From positions 1 to 64,000 of the forward strand of contig CAVUUR010000011.1 of NCBI GenBank assembly GCA_963744715.1: 64,000 nucleotides of DNA, written 5' to 3'. The position numbers were made by a program, and so were the translations under genes. The notes under the pieces were generated by a model. It was not told where the DNA came from. It ran no database searches and was given only the letters and a program-made list of their open reading frames with translations. This DNA comes from an uncultured bacterium. GTDB lineage: Bacteria; Babelota; Babeliae; Babelales; JACPOV01. Shown piece after piece: positions 30,000 to 41,700 of the stretch. The first letter of the stretch is position 1. Each line of letters starts with the position of its first letter.

Positions 30000-31064
30000 A
30001 TGACTATGAACAGGATGATAGTGATAGTGGCAAGCATATGGTGCATGAACAATGTGTATGGTATGGAACAAGAAGAATATGTTCTTACAAAAAAGCGTAA
30101 AATAGATAGAGTACCTGCAACAATTAATAATGATCAGAAACCATATTATTATAAAGTTCTCTGCCCTCAGGAAGATTGTAATGAAGTTGTATCCGTAAAA
30201 AAAACGCAGAAAGAATTAAACGTGTTAAGAATGTCATTAGATAAGCACTTTGTATTGAGTCATGCGTTAAATAATGAGCAAATAAAGCAAAAAGGAGATT
30301 ATGTAGGTGATAATCACTGGGTTGTAACGAGAGAACAGATTAAAAAAAGCTATATACATGCGGAGTGTAAACACTGTGATAAATTATTTTGTTCTGATAA
30401 TAATTTCAATAACAATCGCGATATAAAAGATTTTTTTACCAGGCATTTAAAGACGTGTACTAAAAAAAAACGAGCGGTTGATCAAGAAGTAACATTAATT
30501 AATAAAAATAAGCAGGTAAAGACATATGGATTAGCTTGTACAGCTGCTCATTGTATTTTTTCCTGTCGATCAGTCGATCTTGAATATATAAAAAGGATAA
30601 TGATAAAACATAGTCAGATTAAACATAAAGAGAGCGATTTTAAAATGGGAGATATTAAAGAGGAACTTGAAAATATAGACACCTTATACGGTAAAACTTT
30701 TCTTATAATGTGTCTCGAACCATTATGTAGTACAATAATATATGATAAAAGCCATAAAAAATCGTTACGAGAATCTTTTGTGAGGCATTTAAAATTTAAG
30801 CATAAGATTAAATCTGTAAAAGTGATTAATAACGAGATTTTGAACTATTGTAATAATGTTATGATTGAAAAACCTCTCAGCTATAATGCAGATGAAAAAA
30901 AAATAAAGTCTTTAACGTGTATTGCTTGTAAGGAATCTACTAAAGCAGATTGCGAAGCATTTTTAAGTAAACATAATTATTTACATCATAGAAAAGATGA
31001 GATTTGTGTTATTGATAATTTTTTAATACGAACTGCAGTTGCTTCCATGCGTGAAATTATTTAA
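30000..31064 (+). CDS. Exported multi-zinc-finger protein, paralog 3
   Basis: Conserved Cys/His pattern; KKRKI and KKKR patches. Confidence 0.75.
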   Translation: MTMNRMIVIVASIWCMNNVYGMEQEEYVLTKKRKIDRVPATINNDQKPYYYKVLCPQEDCNEVVSVKKTQKELNVLRMSLDKHFVLSHALNNEQIKQKGDYVGDNHWVVTREQIKKSYIHAECKHCDKLFCSDNNFNNNRDIKDFFTRHLKTCTKKKRAVDQEVTLINKNKQVKTYGLACTAAHCIFSCRSVDLEYIKRIMIKHSQIKHKESDFKMGDIKEELENIDTLYGKTFLIMCLEPLCSTIIYDKSHKKSLRESFVRHLKFKHKIKSVKVINNEILNYCNNVMIEKPLSYNADEKKIKSLTCIACKESTKADCEAFLSKHNYLHHRKDEICVIDNFLIRTAVASMREII

Positions 31065-31141
31065 AAATAATACTAAAATAATTTTTTTTTGCTACACTGA
31101 TATACGTATTAATTATTGTCATTGCTACAGAGTTTATTGTT

Positions 31142-31902
31142 ATGAGTCAGTTATCCATCAGTGATCTTGTTGTTTGTATAGAAGAAAAAAAATACTAAAA
31201 GGTATTAATCTTACCGTACAACCTGGGCAGGTTCATGCCGTAATGGGGCCAAACGGTTCGGGAAAAAGCACCCTGGCACATACCCTCATTGGATATCCTA
31301 AGTATCAGGTAAAACAGGGAACAATCTTCTTTAATGGAACAAATATAACGGAACTCCCCTTGGATCAACGTGCACGGTTGGGATTATTACTCTCATTTCA
31401 GCATCCTCAAGAAATTCCAGGTATTGGTGTTTTTGCCTTTTTAAAAGAAGCGTATAGGGCATTAACCGGGAATGATAGTAACGTTAGTGAATTTCAAAAG
31501 CACGTATTTGCTATGATGGATATATTGGCGATGGATCATGCATTGTTGTATCGGAAATTGCATGATGGTTTTTCAGGTGGAGAGAAAAAAAGATTTGAAA
31601 TGCTGCAAATGTTGTTATTTAATCCTAACATGGTGATTTTTGATGAAATTGATTCGGGCCTGGATATTGATGCCTTAAAAACCGTTGCTCATGCAATTGT
31701 TTATGCTCGTCAAAAAAATCCAGCCATGAGCGTACTGTTAATAACTCATTATCAGCGGATTTTAAACTATATTGAACCGGATACTGTTCATGTATTGATT
31801 GATGGCATCATTGCCAAATCGGGGGATAAACGGTTACTTGAATCGTTAGAGCGGGATGGTTATGAACAGTTTGGTCAACAAGTTTCCGGTTGTTTTGTAT
31901 GA
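31142..31902 (+). CDS. sufC: Fe-S cluster assembly ATPase SufC (frameshift in the A8 run at ~31185-31192)
   Basis: [39 protein letters not shown] 31142 needs one extra A to be in frame. Confidence 0.93.
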
Positions 31903-33274
31903 TCAGTAAAAACAATGACGATGTTCCCTACTATTTCAAAAGCGATAAAGGTCTTAACCGTGCAACGGTTATTCAGATTTCTGAGCAAAAAAATGAGCCG
32001 GGCTGGATGACTGAATTTCGTTTGAATGCCTTAGAAATTTTTGAGAAAAAACCAATGCCTTCATGGGGTGCTGATTTATCAGGGCTCGACCCTCATGATA
32101 TTCATTATTACGTCAAGCCCTATTGAACATTCGCAAAAATCATGGGATGCGGTGCCACTGAGACTATTAAACAAACCTTTGAGCAATTAGGAATTCCACA
32201 AGCTGAGCAAAGTATGCTTGCTGGCGTTGGCGCGCAATATGAATCGGAAATGATTTATAAACAGCTTAAACAAGAATGGTCTGATAAAGGTGTTATTTTT
32301 TCCGATATGAGTGATGCATTAGTTACTAATCCCGAACTGGTGAAAAAATATTTTTCTACCATTATTCCTGCGCATGATAATAAATTTGCAGCACTTAATT
32401 CTGCGGTGTGGAGTGGGGGAAGTTTTGTATATGTTCCTCATGGCGTGCATATTGATATGCCGTTGCAAGCATATTTTAGAATTAATATGATGAGCATGGG
32501 GCAGTTTGAGCGAACATTAATTATTGCAGAGCCGGGAAGCTTTGTGCATTACGTGGAAGGATGCAGTGCTCCGGTGTATCGTAATAATTCATTGCATAGC
32601 GCCGTTGTGGAAATTAGTTGCTCATGAAAGATCTCATGTCAGGTATACTACGATTCAGAATTGGTCAAATAATGTTTATAATTTAGTTACCAAACGTGCG
32701 GTTGCATACAGAAACGCCAAAGTTGAATGGGTTGATGGTAATTTTGGTAGTAAAGTTACGATGAAATATCCGTGCTATCATTTTAAAAGAACCGGGTGCA
32801 AAGGGCGAAATTATTTCTATAGCTGTTGCCGGCAATGGCCAACATCAAGATGCGGGAGGAAAAATTATTCATCTAGCCCCTAATACTACTTCGACTATTA
32901 TTTCAAAATCGATCAGTAAAGATGGTGGAAGAACAAGTTATCGTGGATTATTAAAATTAATAAAAGGAGCACACGGTTCATCATTCTCGTGTGCAGTGCG
33001 AAGCATTAATTCTTGATGAACATTCTCGTTCTGATACCTATCCAACGGTTGACGTAAATAGAGCATGATGTTGATGTTGGCCACGAAGCATCGGTGAGTA
33101 CTATTAATGATGAGCAACTTTATTATTTAATGAGTCGGGGCTTTTCCGCAGCACAGGCGCAAGCAATGATTGTTAATGGGTTTATTGATTCTTTTGTGCA
33201 AGTAACTTCCGATGGAATATGCGGTTGAAATTAATCGGCTTATTGCTCATGAAATGGAAGGCTCTATCGGATGA
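31899..33274 (+). CDS. sufB: Fe-S cluster assembly protein SufB, interrupted by about seven frameshifts
   Basis: [69 protein letters not shown] recovered across frames. Confidence 0.93.
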
Positions 33275-34467
33275 ATACCGTGACATTGCCGCATCCGGAT
33301 ATCATTAATAATCTTATTGAACCAAATGAAATTTTGGAGATTGCCTGCAAACGGCAGCGGCGGATTGCTTTTGGTCGTTACGTGCAGCTTTATACCATGA
33401 GTTATGATTATGAACGTTTTATAACGTATCCAGTAATTGATTGGAAGCAGCTAGCATTGCAACGCAAAAAAAATATATATCAATCATTGGGACACGGTGC
33501 TTTCATAGCTGACATCGAATATTTTTTTGTGCACTATCCTGAAAAAGCGGATATTTTTTTTTCAAAAATAGATGGTGTTGAATATTCAACAATGTCTGCA
33601 TTGGTAAACAGTATATGGAATAGTGGTATAGTAGTTTTCATTCCTGAAAACGTAATACGAGAAGAACCAATCAATCTTGATACTATTTTTGATCAAGATG
33701 TGAGTATTGAGCAATTATTTGTTATTATTGAGCCACATGCTCAAGCAACTATTATTGATGGCATAAAAACCGCTCGCGGTATAAAACAAACGCTATTTCG
33801 TTCAGTAATTGCATTGGTTGACCATCATGCACATCTTTCATGGATGTACGATCATAATCTTTCAAATAATAGTTCCGAACAAAGTTCATATGCTTTTTTA
33901 TTATATAAAGAAAGTAATCTCCATAGTGCAATAGGTATAACCTCGGGCAGTCAGGTTAATGTTTCCATTGATATACTATTGCAAGAAGAAGGTGCTCGCG
34001 CGCAGTGTGTTGGATATTATCTTGTACATGAGAACAAAAAATATGCTCTAATTACGCAGCAAAAGCACATGGCAGCGCACACAGAGAGCCTTATTGTGAT
34101 CAATGGTGTTTTGCAAGAACAGGCTTATTCTTTGTATACGGGTACCATAAAAATTAATCAACATGCTGATTACGCCAATGCGCGACAAGTTAATAAAAAT
34201 CTTATTATTGGGCAATCTGCGCATGCAATTTCAATACCAAATTTAGAAGTACATGCAAATAAGGTACAATGTTACCATGGAAGTGCCGTAGGCAAAATTT
34301 TATCTGATCATCTTGCCTATTTACAGGCACGCGGTATTAGCGCCGATGTAGCACAAAAAATGCTTGTTAAAGGTTTTTTGGAAGAATCACTTTCATCTTT
34401 GCCCTCAACATTATCTGAACTTATACATGAAAATCTTACTCTAAAACTCCCATCATTTTTTACGTAA
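33271..34467 (+). CDS. sufD: SufD family protein
   Basis: PNLEVHANKVQCYHGSAVG, YLQARGI; ATGA overlap with sufB. Confidence 0.88.
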   Translation: MNTVTLPHPDIINNLIEPNEILEIACKRQRRIAFGRYVQLYTMSYDYERFITYPVIDWKQLALQRKKNIYQSLGHGAFIADIEYFFVHYPEKADIFFSKIDGVEYSTMSALVNSIWNSGIVVFIPENVIREEPINLDTIFDQDVSIEQLFVIIEPHAQATIIDGIKTARGIKQTLFRSVIALVDHHAHLSWMYDHNLSNNSSEQSSYAFLLYKESNLHSAIGITSGSQVNVSIDILLQEEGARAQCVGYYLVHENKKYALITQQKHMAAHTESLIVINGVLQEQAYSLYTGTIKINQHADYANARQVNKNLIIGQSAHAISIPNLEVHANKVQCYHGSAVGKILSDHLAYLQARGISADVAQKMLVKGFLEESLSSLPSTLSELIHENLTLKLPSFFT

Positions 34468-34539
34468 TTTTATTTTTATTTATTTTGTGCTATCGTATAG
34501 ATCATTTTATACGAACATTTAAAATAAGAGATAGATGGT

Positions 34540-37500
34540 ATGAAATATCAAAAAAATTCTTTATTCTCAGGTCTTTTTCTAGCGTTGATAGCTATGCAAT
34601 GCGCAGTAAAACCAATGGAGATAACAGAGATTCCAGCCGAAGCCTGGTATGGATTTGCAAAATTCTATGAACAAAATAATAACACTGAACGTGCTGTTGA
34701 ATGTTTAGAAATATCTGCAGAACTTGATTATCCTAAAGGTTTATTCGCTTTGGGAAAATATTATTTAGGAGATACTTCTACCTATTCTCAAGGTTTAGGA
34801 AATATTCGGAAGGCGATAACACAAGATGCATCATTATCTGGACGTGCGGTTGATATTTCTACAAGAAGGACTATTGATACACAACGTGATTTGGCAAAAA
34901 TTTTATTAGAATGTTCTGATGAAAAAGTAAAAAAAGATGGCGTACAGATAACTGAAAACATACTGAAGAAAGTTTTAGAAAACAATAAGCTCCATAAAAA
35001 TACGATGCGCCAAAGTGTGCTTAGTAAAGTTTATAATTCCCCCTGCTATGCACAAGCAAAAGAAATACTGGGTCATACTGATAGTTTTAAAGAGTATGCT
35101 GGATTATTGGAATATCGAGCTTTTTGTTCAAATATAACTCATGACGCACATACAGCAATTAACTATTTATCCCCTATTGGCAATTCTAGGGCATATAGTT
35201 GTTTAGCGGATTTATTTTTGCGTGACCATGATCATAAAATGGCTTATGAGTATTGCAAAAAAATATTAGAAGATCCTAAAAAGAATGAATATGAACAAAT
35301 AGCACGGCACCATTTAAAAACGCTCGAAGAGCGTGGGTGGGTAGAGGCTCGTATTTATTTGCTTGGTCAATATGCGCAAATTAAGGATAAAACCAAAGAT
35401 GATCATGCAGCTATAAAAATATTGCTGAAAAAACTAACAGTGGCGGATGGCCAACTATTACGAGAAAATGACAAGGCTTATCGGGTATTGAAAAAATACG
35501 CTTATGAAAGCACTGCTCCAGTATTGCAAAAATATTTTGCTCAGTATGTAATGAACGGTATAGATGATCGATGGGAGCAGCAAGAGGCCATTAGTCAGTT
35601 AGAAAAGTTAGCTCAACGTAGGGATAATGAAGCAAGCTTTTTATTAATTAAAAAATATCTCAACGATAGTAAAATGTTGGCGAGTGCCACAAGGTTAATA
35701 CTAAATAATGAAATACCAGAACATTCACAAAAAGAATTTGAAACCCTTTTCAGGGGAAAGTTTCAAGATTTTCTTGCCTTAGCGAAAGAAGGCGATCCCT
35801 GCGTCTCATGGTTATGTGGTTACGGATATTGTCATGAATTTGGGCAATTAAAAAGTGCCGAATCTACTACTAAGGCACTCGATTATTTTGCTCGATCATG
35901 TTTGCAGCAAGATTGTCCACTAGAAATATTTGAAAGTTGTTTAGGTTACCTACAGCGTATGGCTATTGGGATAGAAAAATCATGTGATGAACATAGCATA
36001 AGAGCATGGGGATATCTTTGTGGCATATATATTCATACCGATGCTCCATCCTATTTGATAGAGGAATCTTGTAATAAAATCAATGAACTTATACTTAGTA
36101 ACCAAAAAGACAAAGCAATTGCTCTACATTTTTTAATGATATTGAAAGAAATAAAAGTATTTGACGCATTAAAAAAAAATATTAGTGGAAAATCACCAAA
36201 CTCAGCTGTGCTCTTAGCACGTTGTTATGCATTGAGTGCCGCGATCAAAAAAAGTGTTATTGATGGTGATAACAATACGGTACTTGAACAATTATTACAT
36301 AGTGAAGAATATTTAGCAGAAGCACAGCACCTTGGCGCTGACGTAGCTGATATTATGCGTCGAACAAAAAGTTTAATTGGCATAGAGTATCAAAAATTGA
36401 AGCGGTATGATAAGGCAATAGAATATTTTAAACAAGGGTCTGAGGAAGTTTTTCTTAATTTAGCCAAAATATATATAGAGCATAAAAATAATCTCAAAGA
36501 TGGCGCTAGTTGGTTAAAAAAAGCTATGGAAAATGAAAAACCTGAAGCAGCAGTATTATACGCAAATTTTATGGCCACTCCCAAATTGGCAGAGCACGGG
36601 GTTACTAAAGAACTATTAACCAAGTATGCAGATATTATCAGTAATTTTGTTACTAAAGAAGAAATTTCGATACTCGATAAGTGCGGCTTTGAGTGTCCGG
36701 TTGAGGCATTAGCGCAAATAAAAGAAGATGACAAGGTTGATGTAACTAATCCCTCAATTATCTATTTACAGGGTGTCGATGCATTCTATCATGATAACTA
36801 TAGTGATGCACTGGCATATTTTAAACAAGTGGAAGAGAGTATTTTTTTGGCTAAGGGATACAAAGCCTTGATTTTGCGCAAGAGTGATGCAACGGTAAAC
36901 GAATCGTTAGAGGTTGCAACAGAATTTTTACAGGGATGTAGCAATCATTCTATAGTTTCCGCCCAATTTTTTTTACAAAAATCAGTATGGATTATGATTA
37001 ACAGAATGGCTCATGATGGAAATATTTCTGCACAGTGTGTATTCATTAAAGAATCTGTTAATCAGTATCTAAGCCCAGCCATTAAAGATGATAAGCATAA
37101 GCATGGAAAATTGATCGATGATTGGCTAATTAGTTTTAAAGAAAAATTGGATTCATTATCATTACAAGAATTTGGTAGCACACAAGAAACGCTCAGAAAG
37201 CAGAAGGTTTACTTATCTCTGAAAAAATTTTTTCAATCGAGTAGATCTTGTTCTTGGGTTAATTTGTTAATGGAAATTATTAAGAAGAATCTTAATATTT
37301 TCGATATGCCAGACTCTTGTTATATAGAAGATATCATAAGCTATTACACCGGGGTTAAAGATAAAAAAGAAGAACATAACAGAATAGGTGAATTTCTTAG
37401 TGGATTATATACAAAAAAAGCTAGAGACGCTGCAAATTTGAAGAATATGGCTAATTCACGTACGTTATATGAAAAAGCATTAGAGTATGACAAAAATAAT

Positions 37501-38763
37501 CAAGAAGCGCATATTGCATTGGGTATGTTGTTGTTCGGTACTGAGTCAGATCAAGATTCTACTAAAAAGGCATTAAATCACTTTCATGAAGCCGCAGATG
37601 TAGGTAATAACGCTATTGCTCAGGGTTATTTGGGGCATATATATTGCGGACTCTATGACCTGAATATTAAAAAAGATGTTGATAAAGGCCTTTCTTATAT
37701 GGAAAAAGTGGCGAAGGCGGGACAAGGTGTGGTGTACGTTACGATAGCTTCTCTGTATTTGGTAGAAAAAAATAATAGGAAAAAAGCAGAAGAGTATCTT
37801 AAACTTGCGGAAGAGAATGATTGCGCATTAGAAGCAAAGTTTTACAGAGGACATATCGCATACACGGAAAAAAAATATAAAGATGCAAAGGAGCATTTTT
37901 CTGATCTACTTTCGACGGATGATTCAAGAGTCATGTGTTATTTATTATTAATAGAATTGGAGCAATCATCCAAGGTGAGCGATAACGTTACCCAGCTTCT
38001 TAAAAATATTGTTGATAAAATGCGAACCGATGAAGTCGCCATTAAAAGTGTTCTATCATTAGAGGTTGTACAAAAATTAACAAAATTTATTTCCAGTGAT
38101 CCTAAGAATCAATTTAATATATATTATAAGCAAATGGGTGAGATTATCATCGAGGATTGGCGTATGCATAAGACGGCTTATTTAGATAAGCTTGAGGAGA
38201 TGCTAAAAAAATTCAAAGTTACTGACGAAAGCTGTATAGCTGAGATTGAGCAATTTATCATCGATAAAAAGATAGCAGAGGATGCTAAAGGTGGTGATGG
38301 TCGTGCTGCATACTGTATGGCATATTTTGCATTGAAAAAAAGAAATCTCAATACTCAGCAAGCAGAAACGGATGAAGATATTGAACAATGGTTGAATACT
38401 GCTAAAAGTGATAAAGGTTATAGAGCGCGAGCCAGTATGCTTTTATTATCTCGGTATTTAGTGAAGGTTGAAGAGGAAGTTAATATCATCGATAAAATTA
38501 AATTATTAACGCATGGAGCATGCCTCATAATTGATACTGTAGCTCAAAAAGATCTTACGGTTTCACAACGGATATACGAAGATCTTAAACATAAGATTGC
38601 AACGGTAAAAGAGAGTATGGTAACAATACAAAACAATTTAGAAGACGCTGAAAAGATAAAAATGATTGGTTCATTTATAGAAAAATTAAATGAATGTGAA
38701 GAAAAAATAGATGGTTTTTTGAGCCAAGTAGCACAACAATCTTTATCAGATAATAATAAATGA
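34540..38763 (+). CDS. Large exported SEL1/TPR-repeat protein (1407 aa)
   Basis: Signal peptide; SEL1-like repeats such as AQGYLGHIYCG...KDVDKGLSYMEKVAKAG. Confidence 0.8.
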   Translation: MKYQKNSLFSGLFLALIAMQCAVKPMEITEIPAEAWYGFAKFYEQNNNTERAVECLEISAELDYPKGLFALGKYYLGDTSTYSQGLGNIRKAITQDASLSGRAVDISTRRTIDTQRDLAKILLECSDEKVKKDGVQITENILKKVLENNKLHKNTMRQSVLSKVYNSPCYAQAKEILGHTDSFKEYAGLLEYRAFCSNITHDAHTAINYLSPIGNSRAYSCLADLFLRDHDHKMAYEYCKKILEDPKKNEYEQIARHHLKTLEERGWVEARIYLLGQYAQIKDKTKDDHAAIKILLKKLTVADGQLLRENDKAYRVLKKYAYESTAPVLQKYFAQYVMNGIDDRWEQQEAISQLEKLAQRRDNEASFLLIKKYLNDSKMLASATRLILNNEIPEHSQKEFETLFRGKFQDFLALAKEGDPCVSWLCGYGYCHEFGQLKSAESTTKALDYFARSCLQQDCPLEIFESCLGYLQRMAIGIEKSCDEHSIRAWGYLCGIYIHTDAPSYLIEESCNKINELILSNQKDKAIALHFLMILKEIKVFDALKKNISGKSPNSAVLLARCYALSAAIKKSVIDGDNNTVLEQLLHSEEYLAEAQHLGADVADIMRRTKSLIGIEYQKLKRYDKAIEYFKQGSEEVFLNLAKIYIEHKNNLKDGASWLKKAMENEKPEAAVLYANFMATPKLAEHGVTKELLTKYADIISNFVTKEEISILDKCGFECPVEALAQIKEDDKVDVTNPSIIYLQGVDAFYHDNYSDALAYFKQVEESIFLAKGYKALILRKSDATVNESLEVATEFLQGCSNHSIVSAQFFLQKSVWIMINRMAHDGNISAQCVFIKESVNQYLSPAIKDDKHKHGKLIDDWLISFKEKLDSLSLQEFGSTQETLRKQKVYLSLKKFFQSSRSCSWVNLLMEIIKKNLNIFDMPDSCYIEDIISYYTGVKDKKEEHNRIGEFLSGLYTKKARDAANLKNMANSRTLYEKALEYDKNNQEAHIALGMLLFGTESDQDSTKKALNHFHEAADVGNNAIAQGYLGHIYCGLYDLNIKKDVDKGLSYMEKVAKAGQGVVYVTIASLYLVEKNNRKKAEEYLKLAEENDCALEAKFYRGHIAYTEKKYKDAKEHFSDLLSTDDSRVMCYLLLIELEQSSKVSDNVTQLLKNIVDKMRTDEVAIKSVLSLEVVQKLTKFISSDPKNQFNIYYKQMGEIIIEDWRMHKTAYLDKLEEMLKKFKVTDESCIAEIEQFIIDKKIAEDAKGGDGRAAYCMAYFALKKRNLNTQQAETDEDIEQWLNTAKSDKGYRARASMLLLSRYLVKVEEEVNIIDKIKLLTHGACLIIDTVAQKDLTVSQRIYEDLKHKIATVKESMVTIQNNLEDAEKIKMIGSFIEKLNECEEKIDGFLSQVAQQSLSDNNK

Positions 38764-38797
38764 TGTAAGAGAACCTTCCTGAAAAAATTGGGTGATA

Positions 38798-41700
38798 ATG
38801 AATAAAAATTTTATGATTGGCCTGATACTCCATGGGATAATACCCAATGGGTTATGTATGGATAATCAGCTTGCTAATACCAGTGAACAAAAATATACAG
38901 TTGTTTCATCTATTGATTTTTATGAAAACAGAATATATCCAAATAACTGCGATTTCTTATCATTCGAATCAGCCAAAAATAAGATTCTATCTGATGACGT
39001 TACAAAAAAGGAAAATGCAAGCGGCGAAATGATAAAATTAATCAATAAGAGCTATCCACCAGCATTGGTTTATGCAGGAATGTCTGCATTGACAGCCAAA
39101 AAAGATTTGGATGCAGAATATTATTTTAAAATGCTGTCTGATTTAGGACATCCGGTGGGACAAGAACAACTAGGTATGCTCTATAAAAATGCAGTTAATC
39201 CTGAAATGAAGGCTTGTTGGCTTCCGTACGTTGCCCAAGCTGCATTGCCACGGTTTTTAGGTCAACAATATAATAATGGAGAAATGAATAATACTGTTTA
39301 CCATCATACTTCTGCAATAAGAACGCTTGCTGATCATTATGCTAACGTCGATACAACACGTTATGATTTGCGATATCATTATACAGAGATTGCGGCATTA
39401 CAAGAAAAAAAAGGGGGCAAGTGGCTTGAGGCGTTAATGAATATGCACATAAGTAATAATAATTTTTCAAATGCATATACGTTTTTAAAGAACGTTATAA
39501 GTAATAACGCTGAATCGGCGGATCGTAAAAAAATTGCATATACACATTTAAAAGAGCTGGCAATTGTGCATGAATATGGAGATGCGCAATTTTTTTTAAT
39601 TACCAAAATGCTTAATACAAAAAATAATGAATCTGATATTACATTGTCCCCTGAGGATTTAATAACGATAGGTAGTTGTATAGTACAAAGTGCGGACAAA
39701 GAAATTATAGCAAATTTTTTTAAGCCCGGTTTATTAGGAGCGTTGGCGCATTTTGATAAGAACATAAGGAATTCTTCAGCCGAACAGAAACAGGACCTCT
39801 TAACCGTGCGCGGATTATTAGCCCATAAAAGCTTTGAGTATCGATTAGTTAAAGATGATCAATTGGCTACGGTTATTGATTTTTTAAAGCAAGCAGATCA
39901 AAAAAAGCCACAAGTGTTGTTAGGGTTATCCGACATTTATAGATACACTATGCAAATAAAAGAAGCATGTACTACTCTAATAGGTTTTGTGGAAAAAAAT
40001 GATATCACCAATGCAGAACGGCAATGGTATGATAAAATAATAGTAAATTTATTTGATGCAATTGTAACAGAAAAGAAATCCACGGAAGCCGCCTGTTTTC
40101 TAAAAACTATCGCACATAATAAAGATAATTTTTTTACGCAAGAGGATATTAGAATATTAGTAACTATTATTGGTGCTAAAGATTATAAAAAATTGCATGC
40201 GTATTTTAATGAGCAGCAAGATCCAGAGTTGTGGTTTATCGTAGGTAGAACATTATATGAATTTGAAAAAAATAAGCTTTTAGCACAAAAAGGAAATAAA
40301 CAACTACCAAAAAAACCAACAAAAAATATAAAGGTTACCGGTATTGAGTACTTACAAAAATCGTGTGCAGAAAATAACCCCAAAGCACTGCTCTATTGTC
40401 TTATTAATGATATAGCAGAAAAAAATAATGGTACATCAAAGGATGCTGCACATAGTAGGATGGTACTTTTTAATAAAGCATTACACATCATAGAACAGGA
40501 AAATACTTACAGATCGCAAGAGTTGTTTTTGCTAGAGCAAGCAGCAGAATCTTTAGAAAAAGATGCTTTTGATAATGCCGATATTGCTTACAAACTTTCC
40601 GTATTTTATGGCAAAGAGCACGGCGATCTGGCAATTAATGAAGCAAAAAGTAAAAAATATTTTACCCGAGCACGGAAATTAGGAAATGGGCATGCGTTAT
40701 GGCAAGAGTATAAATCAAAAAATGAAAAATGGATTCCGGGTGAAGAAGTTGCTCTATTGTGGGATATAATCAAAAAAATTAATGGTACTGATACGGGTGA
40801 TTTAGAAATACGAAGTACCATAACAGAGCGTTTGAGCTATTTAGCTACTGTTGTTCCTAGTGCCTGCTATGTTCTTGCGCATGAATTGCTAAAAGATTCT
40901 GGTAAAAAAATTAGTGAGGGTAACGCTGAGGCTGTTGTTAACTATATTAATCAGGCGGAAGCTCATATTAGTGCTATGCAATGTCCTTCATTGGCAACAC
41001 TTAATAGCATTAAAAAGACCGGTATTATTGATCAGGCAGTAAAACTAAATAATGGCACCATATTATTTACATTGGGCAAACTATATTCTTCTCGATTTTT
41101 AAAAGATCAAGCATCATTGGATGATACATTCCGTGCAGAAACTTGGTTATCTGAGAATATAGGTATTTTTGGAAATGAATCTGATAGAAAATTGTTAATG
41201 AATATACAACAAACACTTGGAGCCATATTATTTAATAAAAAACGCCAAGGTGAAGCGGAAAAAATGTGGTTGAAGGCAATCGAAAATAATATTGCGAGTG
41301 ATAATATTTATACGCCTATTTTGCTGGCATACAGCTATTTAAAAAATGGAGAAAACGATATCGAAAAAATACAAAGAGGTATTGATCTATTAGTTTCAAA
41401 GCTAGACAACATTGATGATGCTTCTATTTACTTGGGAAATTTTTTGATTGACAGGCCAGATCTTGTTGAAAAAGTTAAGTTTCCAACAGAACGTATTATT
41501 GAGCGGCTTAGTTACTTAGCAAGTTGTTATAATCAAGAAGCAGGAGAATTGCTAAAAAAACTCGAAAAAGAATATACATTGCTCCCCATTGAAGAATTTA
41601 AACGTGAAATAGGATATTCCGAAGATACTGCCGATGCCAAGATTATCCATAAATTAGCAGTGGCACATTTTTTTAATGAGAATTCTGAAGCTGCATTTAC

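Noticed and set aside
31181..31198. Programmed frameshift or phase variation at the sufC A8 run
   Set aside because: It lies in an indel-rich patch and longer A/T runs elsewhere are in frame; error is more parsimonious
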